Both the position numbers and the translations under genes were made by a program. Under the pieces are notes generated by a model. The model worked only from the letters and a program-made list of their open reading frames with translations. It ran no database searches and had not been told where the DNA came from. Of a stretch of 64,000 nt of DNA, positions 58,275-64,000 are shown piece by piece. This DNA comes from an uncultured Gammaproteobacteria bacterium (GTDB lineage: Bacteria > Patescibacteriota > Patescibacteriia > UBA1558 > GWA2-36-10), in contig CAYRIU010000007.1 in assembly GCA_964424615.1 (NCBI GenBank), forward strand, positions 20,052-84,051, written 5' to 3'. The first letter of the stretch is position 1; each line of letters opens with the position of its first letter.

Positions 58275-58808
58275 TTAAAAATTAATGTTTTTGTAATCTA
58301 ACTGATCACCAATTTTTATACCATAAAGGTCTACCAGACCACTATTGATCTCCAAAACCCTATTAGCTGGCTCTGGTGAGCGATAAATGAGCAAATCCTT
58401 GTCTTCAGTACCTGGTGCTGGAGCCAACATATTGCGCTCAATACCAACTACTTTATCATCATTTATCCATAATAAGTCAATATTAAACTTCATGTCAATC
58501 ATCCAAAAAGATAAGATGCTTTTGGCTGGAAATACAAAAAGCATAGATTGATTCTGATCTAGACTATCACGACCAGACAAGCCTTTTTTTTGAACAGCAG
58601 CATCAATAGCTAATTCCGTCAAAAAATCATGTCCACTGACAGATACTTGTGGCCGATTGTCATCGGTGACTGAGTTATTATCTAAATTTTCAGTAACATC
58701 TTCTTTAGTAAAGTCTTTTACCAAATCTACATTGGATATTTTCAAGAAAAAAGCTGCTAGCAAACAAATAAAAATAATGAAAATAACCAACCATTTATAA
58801 TTTTTCAT
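58275..58808 (-). CDS. DUF192-family protein with N-terminal TM
   Basis: 177 aa. MLFVF...WMIDMKFNIDLLWIN...RVLEINSGLVDLYGIKIGDQL matches the DUF192 (COG1430) pattern. Confidence 0.65.
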   Translation of the reverse strand: MKNYKWLVIFIIFICLLAAFFLKISNVDLVKDFTKEDVTENLDNNSVTDDNRPQVSVSGHDFLTELAIDAAVQKKGLSGRDSLDQNQSMLFVFPAKSILSFWMIDMKFNIDLLWINDDKVVGIERNMLAPAPGTEDKDLLIYRSPEPANRVLEINSGLVDLYGIKIGDQLDYKNINF

Positions 58809-59856
58809 ATTTTTTATTTAAATAATTATTGATTTGTGAATTCAAAATAAGTACAAAGGCAACAAATATAAACAACACTATGATCTTGATGCTGGTATTA
58901 AAAAATATAGCTATAGAACCAAAACATAAACTTAAAAATGATATAAATAGTACGATTTGCGACTGACTCAAGCCAATTTGTCTAAGTTTAAAGTGTAAAT
59001 GTTCATTATCACCTTGCCAAATAGACCTGTGTTTACGAAAACGACGCCACATTACCAAAAATACATCAATAATAGGTGCGCCCATGACTAATAAGGCTGT
59101 GGCTATCTTACTACCAGAAATAATGGCCAACACTCCTAAAATAAAACCTATAAAAGTACTACCTCCTTCTCCCAAAAAAACTTTGGCTGGATGCCAATTC
59201 CAGATTAAAAAACCAAGAATAGCACCAGCTAAAGCCAAGCTGATAAAAGAAGTTGGCGAATATTTGATATCCCAAGTCAGACTAACAATGAATATCATGA
59301 CACTAGCCACCAGACAAATACTAGAAGCTAATCCATCTATACCATCTAACAATTTGGTGGTGTAGGTCATGCCTAGTAGCCACAAAAAGGTCAAAATCAA
59401 ACTAAAATAACCAAACCAAATATGTTCAATTTTCAAGATACCGCCAGCAGGATTAGTGACATAAGTAATATGTAAACCAGACACCATGACTACTACAATA
59501 GCCAACACTGGTCCAAATAATGACTGCCAAGGCTTCAAAGAAAATTTGTCGTCTAGCCAACCACTAATCATCAGGATCAAGCCAGAAAATAATAAAGCCC
59601 ACATAATCTGCGATGGAATCTTGCTATCCACCAGCCACCCTTGTCGAGCCAAAATACCTACGATAATAAACAAGGATATAAAAATAGCCAAACCACCACC
59701 TAAGGGTATTGGCTGACGATGAATCTTGCGTGGATTGTCTGCTGGATCATCCACAAAGTTAAATTTTTTAGCTAAAATAATATAAAAAAATGTCAAAAGC
59801 ACTGACAAAATAAAACTAGCAACAAATATAAAAAAATAATTATAGCTTAGGCTCAT
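58795..59856 (-). CDS. MraY/WecA-family polyprenyl-phosphate N-acetylhexosamine-1-phosphate transferase (WecA/TagO-like by context)
   Basis: 353 aa. Multi-TM, DGIDGLAS motif and VFLGEGGS motif. No mur/fts neighbours in the window. Confidence 0.75.
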   Translation of the reverse strand: MSLSYNYFFIFVASFILSVLLTFFYIILAKKFNFVDDPADNPRKIHRQPIPLGGGLAIFISLFIIVGILARQGWLVDSKIPSQIMWALLFSGLILMISGWLDDKFSLKPWQSLFGPVLAIVVVMVSGLHITYVTNPAGGILKIEHIWFGYFSLILTFLWLLGMTYTTKLLDGIDGLASSICLVASVMIFIVSLTWDIKYSPTSFISLALAGAILGFLIWNWHPAKVFLGEGGSTFIGFILGVLAIISGSKIATALLVMGAPIIDVFLVMWRRFRKHRSIWQGDNEHLHFKLRQIGLSQSQIVLFISFLSLCFGSIAIFFNTSIKIIVLFIFVAFVLILNSQINNYLNKKYEKL

Positions 59857-60238
59857 TTTTGGCTAAAAATGTTTCTAAAATTGCTGTGGCCGCATATTTG
59901 TCTATATCTTTGGTAACACCTTGTTTGGTGTATAATTGTGAAGTAAAACTTTCATCGACTATATGAATTGGCACACTAATATGCTGACGACAATATTCAA
60001 TAAAATTTTTGGTAATATCTCCTCGCTCATTCTGACGACCAGACAAACTAGTAGGTAGACCAATCACCAAACCATCAATATTTTCTTGTTTGATAATGCT
60101 TTCCAATTCTGTAATAACACTTTCTTGGCTAATATTAGCTATAATTTTATAAGGTACAGCAATACTACCCAGAGTCCCCAAGCTCAGGCCAATATTTTTA
60201 TCACCATAATCCATGCCTAAAAATTTTTGCTGTGACAT
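59840..60238 (-). CDS. ruvX: Holliday-junction resolvase-like protein RuvX/YqgF
   Basis: 132 aa. LGMDYGDKNIGLSLG...GLVIGLP. Confidence 0.85.
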   Translation of the reverse strand: MSQQKFLGMDYGDKNIGLSLGTLGSIAVPYKIIANISQESVITELESIIKQENIDGLVIGLPTSLSGRQNERGDITKNFIEYCRQHISVPIHIVDESFTSQLYTKQGVTKDIDKYAATAILETFLAKNEPKL

Positions 60239-60240
60239 AT

Positions 60241-60984
60241 TTATGTTAAAATCTCACAACCATCTTCGGTGACTACGACAGTATGTTCAAAATGAGCACA
60301 CAAAGAACCGTCATGACTATCAACGTTCCAGCCATTGTCAGCTGTCACCACCCTAAAGTCACCACCCATCACTAGCATTGGCTCTATAGCCAAAACCAAG
60401 CCAGGAAACATCTTGGCTAGCTTATGACCAACATTATAATTTGGCACAAAAGGATCTTCATGTACTGCTCTACCGACTCCATGACCAGCCAAATCTTTGA
60501 CAATGCCATAGCCATGTGGTTTTACAAAATTTTCAATGGCCTGACCAATCTCCTCTATTCCTCTATCTGGACCAACTTGACTAAGAGCAATTTCTAAAGA
60601 TTTTTTGGTGACTGTTAATAATTTTTCAGCTGCTTTGGATATCTTGCCAACCGGCACAGTCAGCGCCATATCAGTATACAAACCTTTGTATTTGATGCCC
60701 AAATCCAAACCTACAATATCACCTTCTTTAAGTGGCATCTTATTTGGTATACCATGCACCACTGTCTGATTGATAGAAACACACAAAGAATTGGGGAAAC
60801 CATGATAATTCTTGAAAGATGGCTTAGCACCAGCTTTGGCTATCAATTCTTCGGCAAATTTGTTAAGCTCCAAACCACTAACTCCCGGCTGTACTTTGGC
60901 AGCTACAGCATACAATACTTCGTGCAAGATCTTTCCACCTTCACGCAAAGCATCTATTTCTATAGCGGTTTTTTTATCTAGCAT
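60241..60984 (-). CDS. map: Methionine aminopeptidase type I
   Basis: 247 aa. VHGIPN, DIVGLDLG, GHGVGRAVHE and the metal ligands are present. Confidence 0.93.
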   Translation of the reverse strand: MLDKKTAIEIDALREGGKILHEVLYAVAAKVQPGVSGLELNKFAEELIAKAGAKPSFKNYHGFPNSLCVSINQTVVHGIPNKMPLKEGDIVGLDLGIKYKGLYTDMALTVPVGKISKAAEKLLTVTKKSLEIALSQVGPDRGIEEIGQAIENFVKPHGYGIVKDLAGHGVGRAVHEDPFVPNYNVGHKLAKMFPGLVLAIEPMLVMGGDFRVVTADNGWNVDSHDGSLCAHFEHTVVVTEDGCEILT

Positions 60985-61627
60985 GTTTATCTAGATAATC
61001 AATAATTAATTTAGCCACATCAGCAATACTACCCTTACCGTCAATAACAACTAATTTATTTTGCTGCTCATAATATTCCAAAAGCTTGGCGGTTTCTTCT
61101 CTGTAATACTTCAATCTCTTGCGCAACAAATCTTCACGATCATCTTCACGAAAATGCAAGGGTTCATGGCAAATTTCACAAGTAGAATCAAGACTAGAAG
61201 GACGATGTTCTATGTGAAAAACATGGCCATTGCTACAAATACGACGACCAACTATACGACTCACTGCTATCTCATCAGTGATATCAATATTGATAACCAA
61301 ATCAATCAAATAATGCTGATCTAGATTGGAAGCTTGATAAATAGTACGAGGAAAACCATCTATTAAGAAACCCTTTTTATATTTTTCTGTTTTTAGCTCC
61401 TCTAGCATCAAAGATATCATCAAACTATCAGGTATCATCTCACCATTGTTCACAAACTGCCCTATACGGAGTCCTAACTCTGTCTTTTGTCTGATAGCTG
61501 ACCTCAATAAATCTCCGGCAGCCAAAATATTGATATCTAAATAATCGGTAATCACCTGACTCTGAGTACTTTTTCCTGAACCCTGTGGTCCCATCAATAT
61601 TACTTTATTTATTTTATAATCTGCCAT
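60974..61627 (-). CDS. adk: Adenylate kinase (long form with Zn lid)
   Basis: 217 aa. P-loop GPQGSGKSTQ; lid Cys/His cluster C-x2-H...C-x2-H. Confidence 0.92.
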   Translation of the reverse strand: MADYKINKVILMGPQGSGKSTQSQVITDYLDINILAAGDLLRSAIRQKTELGLRIGQFVNNGEMIPDSLMISLMLEELKTEKYKKGFLIDGFPRTIYQASNLDQHYLIDLVINIDITDEIAVSRIVGRRICSNGHVFHIEHRPSSLDSTCEICHEPLHFREDDREDLLRKRLKYYREETAKLLEYYEQQNKLVVIDGKGSIADVAKLIIDYLDKHAR

Positions 61628-61653
61628 TTTGTTATTTATTTATATAATTATAA

Positions 61654-61800
61654 TTCACCCCGTGAAATAGTTTTCGTGTTAAACACGAAAACTACCGCTA
61701 ATTAATACTATTAAAAAATACTTTTAGTTTATATTTATATGAACTTTTAAATTTTAATCATACTATGCTGTAGCGGTATTTCACTGGGTAAATTATAGCA
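61654..61800 (-). promoter_or_regulatory. Promoter plus structured 5' leader element, copy 2 (upstream of adk)
   Basis: Minus strand: TTGAGT-17-TGcTATAAT (plus 61792-61800), then ttacccagtgaaataccgcta, a 72-nt AT-rich spacer, tagcggtag, hairpin ttttcgtgtt-taa-acacgaaaa, ctatttcacggggtgaa, 24 nt, then the adk ATG. Confidence 0.6.
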
Positions 61801-61821
61801 AAAGTATGCACTTTACTCAAT

Positions 61822-61853
61822 CAAAAAACCCGATCCGCCAGCTGGCGGATCGG
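61822..61853 (-). terminator. Rho-independent terminator downstream of secY
   Basis: Perfect 10-bp stem ccgatccgcc-agct-ggcggatcgg, followed on the minus strand by GTTTTTTG. Confidence 0.8.
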
Positions 61854-61869
61854 CCTCTATTTATATCTA

Positions 61870-63147
61870 TTAAAAACCCTCATAATCTCTCATCACCAGC
61901 TGAGCATCTATCTGTTTGACTGTCTCAATAGCTACAGATACAACGATCAATAAACTAGTGCCACCAAAAGCTAAGGTAGCAATACCAGCAAATGATCTAA
62001 TCAAGTCTGGCAATATAGCAATCAAACCCAAGAAAATAGCGCCAGCAAAAATCACTCTATTCATCACCATGTTCAAATAATCAGCTGTAGGACGACCAGG
62101 TCTGATACCAGGTACAAAACCACCCTGTTTCTGTAAATTTTCTGCTATTTGCTGTGGCTTGAAAATGACTGAGGTGTAAAAATAAGTAAATAAAACTACT
62201 AACAAGAAATACACTACATTGTGGAATAATTTACCTTGAAAAGTATCAATAATCCACTGAGAAAAATTGGCTATCCACAATACACTAGATTTTAAGAAAA
62301 ACTGAGCAATCATTGGTGGTACCAGCACAACTGACACAGCAAAGATGATTGGAATCACACCAGCTTGATTGACTCTCAATGGCAATTGAGTATTGACGCC
62401 ACCCATAGTCTTGGTGCCGACCATATGTCTAGCATAAGACACTGGTATATTTCTCTGACCTTCAGTAATCAAAACTACAGCTGCAATAGTAAGTAATGCA
62501 ATAGCTACAAAAAGTACCAAATTCAAAACTTGTGAACTATCAAAAGCAATCAATGTATTGCGTACTGTTGATGGCAAACGACTCACGATACCAGCAAAAA
62601 TGATCAAAGAAACTCCATTACCTACATGCTTTTCAGTAATCAGCTCTCCTAACCACATCAAAAATAAAGTACCAGCTGTGATCAATATCAGAGTAGTGAC
62701 AAGCTCCATGCTAGTCATATTGCCCAACAAACGACCCTGAGTCTGGCTGGACAAAAGACGAATATAGCTATAGGCCTGTATCAAGGCCAATGGCACGGTC
62801 AATAAACGTGTATATTGGTTTAATTTTTGCTGACCATATTCACCCTCCTTGGACAAAGCTTCAATCTTTGGCACTATCATGGCCAATAACTGAATAATAA
62901 TGGAAGCAGTGATATATGGACCAACGCCCAACATGATGACAGAGAAATTTTGTAAAGCACCGCCAGAAAACATACTCAAAAGTCCCAAAACTTGATTACC
63001 TTCGAGATAGCTTTTTAATTCAGCGACATCAACTCCAGGTACTGGAATATGAGCAGCGACTCTATATACTAGCAACAAGGCAAAAACATACAGAATACTA
63101 TTACGAACATCTTTAGCTTTCCAGATTTGTTTTAACTTGTCTAACAT
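61870..63147 (-). CDS. secY: Preprotein translocase subunit SecY
   Basis: 425 aa with 10 TMs and conserved SecY plug and TM2/TM7 regions. Confidence 0.95.
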   Translation of the reverse strand: MLDKLKQIWKAKDVRNSILYVFALLLVYRVAAHIPVPGVDVAELKSYLEGNQVLGLLSMFSGGALQNFSVIMLGVGPYITASIIIQLLAMIVPKIEALSKEGEYGQQKLNQYTRLLTVPLALIQAYSYIRLLSSQTQGRLLGNMTSMELVTTLILITAGTLFLMWLGELITEKHVGNGVSLIIFAGIVSRLPSTVRNTLIAFDSSQVLNLVLFVAIALLTIAAVVLITEGQRNIPVSYARHMVGTKTMGGVNTQLPLRVNQAGVIPIIFAVSVVLVPPMIAQFFLKSSVLWIANFSQWIIDTFQGKLFHNVVYFLLVVLFTYFYTSVIFKPQQIAENLQKQGGFVPGIRPGRPTADYLNMVMNRVIFAGAIFLGLIAILPDLIRSFAGIATLAFGGTSLLIVVSVAIETVKQIDAQLVMRDYEGF

Positions 63148-63156
63148 AAAATTTTA

Positions 63157-63633
63157 TTATTGCTTCTTTTCTGATGCTTCTTTTTTGACTTTGACTACGA
63201 TAGCTTGACCACCAAGTTCTTCAATCTTATTTTTGGCAGTCTCGGAATAGGCATTAGCCTCAACAATTAATTTTTTATCTAAGGTGCCAGTAGCCAAAAC
63301 CTTGAGACCGTTGGCCACAGTATCTACTAAGCCCTTCTTGGCCAATATTCTGACATTTACTTTTTCACCATCTTTAAAAATTTCATTCAAAACTCCGATA
63401 TTCACTGTAGCATACTTTGGATGAATAGAACGGAAACCTCTGTTTTTTGGGATGCGCAAAAGATAGCTACGCATACTACGCACAGCAATACCTACTCTAC
63501 CACCAGATCTAGCTCTCTGGCCTTTCATACCACGAGTAGAATAATTACCTCGTCCAGAGCCAGTACCACGACCTAGTTTTTTACGACGATGAGTAGAGCC
63601 CTCTGATTTTTGTAAATTACTTAAAGTCAACAT
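63157..63633 (-). CDS. rplO: 50S ribosomal protein L15
   Basis: 158 aa. Gly/Arg-rich N-terminus (RGTGSGRGNYSTRGMKGQRARSGG). Confidence 0.92.
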   Translation of the reverse strand: MLTLSNLQKSEGSTHRRKKLGRGTGSGRGNYSTRGMKGQRARSGGRVGIAVRSMRSYLLRIPKNRGFRSIHPKYATVNIGVLNEIFKDGEKVNVRILAKKGLVDTVANGLKVLATGTLDKKLIVEANAYSETAKNKIEELGGQAIVVKVKKEASEKKQ

Positions 63634-63635
63634 AA

Positions 63636-64000
63636 TTATTTTTCCTTTTTAGCTACAGTTTTATGAGTTGCTGTTTTAGCTTTTGGAGCAACATGGGCAG
63701 CAACTTTATTTTCTGTATTATTTTGGACTTTCATGACTTTGGATTTTGGAACAAAAGATGACAAGGCCATCAAAGTAGCACGAGAATTGTTGATCTTGTT
63801 GCTAGCTCCCAAAATCTTAGCTGTAGCATCTTTGATGCCAGCTAAATCCAAGATAATACGCACGACACCACCAGCTTTGATACCACTACCTTTTTTGGCT
63901 GGCTTGATCATAATTCTAGCTGATTTCTCTTTGATTGTCACTGCGTGAGGTAAAGTACCGTCTACTATATTTACGGTAATCATGTGTTTTCTGGCCTGAG
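63636..64000 (-). CDS. rpsE: 30S ribosomal protein S5 (C-terminal part; gene continues beyond the window edge)
   Basis: VNIVDGTLPHAV...IKPAKKGSGIKAGGVVRIILDLAGI aligns with the S5 C-terminal domain. The frame stays open upstream of the internal Met at 63983 to the window end. A Lys-rich C-terminal tail is present. No rpmD between rpsE and rplO. Confidence 0.85.
   Translation of the reverse strand, partial: QARKHMITVNIVDGTLPHAVTIKEKSARIMIKPAKKGSGIKAGGVVRIILDLAGIKDATAKILGASNKINNSRATLMALSSFVPKSKVMKVQNNTENKVAAHVAPKAKTATHKTVAKKEK

Noticed and set aside
1-64000. CRISPR arrays, rRNA genes, integrase/transposase genes, restriction-modification or toxin-antitoxin pairs
   Set aside because: No regularly spaced direct repeats, no rRNA-like conserved stretches, and no ORF with integrase/transposase/REase/MTase(DNA)/TA hallmarks were found by eye. 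The only nuclease-like gene is the stand-alone GIY-YIG.

Overview
AT-rich (~35% GC) bacterial chromosomal window, almost entirely coded on the minus strand with the standard genetic code. rpsE and rplO are directly adjacent with no rpmD (L30) between them; together with the very large type IV pilus (T4P) locus and glycosyltransferase island this fits a Candidate Phyla Radiation / Patescibacteria genome (inference). Left to right: (1) heat-shock operon hrcA-grpE-hsp20-Zn-ribbon-dnaK behind a perfect CIRCE; (2) a MacAB-like efflux operon (HlyD adaptor, ABC ATPase, two FtsX-type permeases) behind a second perfect CIRCE that overlaps a consensus TTGACA-17-TATAAT promoter; (3) one long T4P/chemosensory run: MCP, CheW, CheA, CheY, PilB, PilC, pseudopilin, a 1005-aa LamG/beta-propeller pilin-like protein, a LamG pilin, a Cys-rich-repeat pilin, PilM/N, and two paralogous major pilins; (4) a ~22-kb surface-glycan island (two O-antigen-ligase/TPR fusions, sugar phosphotransferase, flippase, many GT4/GT2 genes, two WecB, AsnB-like amidotransferase, formyltransferase, epimerase/dehydratase, two methyltransferases, a GIY-YIG nuclease); (5) ECF sigma, putative anti-sigma and an 1181-aa secreted Thr/Ser-rich protein; (6) wecA-like, ruvX, map, adk, secY, rplO, rpsE (partial). 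Non-coding highlights: a ~145-nt element (extended -10 promoter plus structured leader) in two copies, upstream of pilM and of adk, with compensatory base changes preserving a long-range helix; a ~65-nt nested-hairpin repeat in inverted copies at 45.9 kb and 55.6 kb; GC-rich hairpin islands at 44.1, 55.2 and 26.6 kb; a poly-A(8) frameshift that separates the giant pilin from its start codon and prepilin signal; an in-frame TAA interrupting a PDZ protein. No CRISPR array, tRNA or rRNA was recognised.
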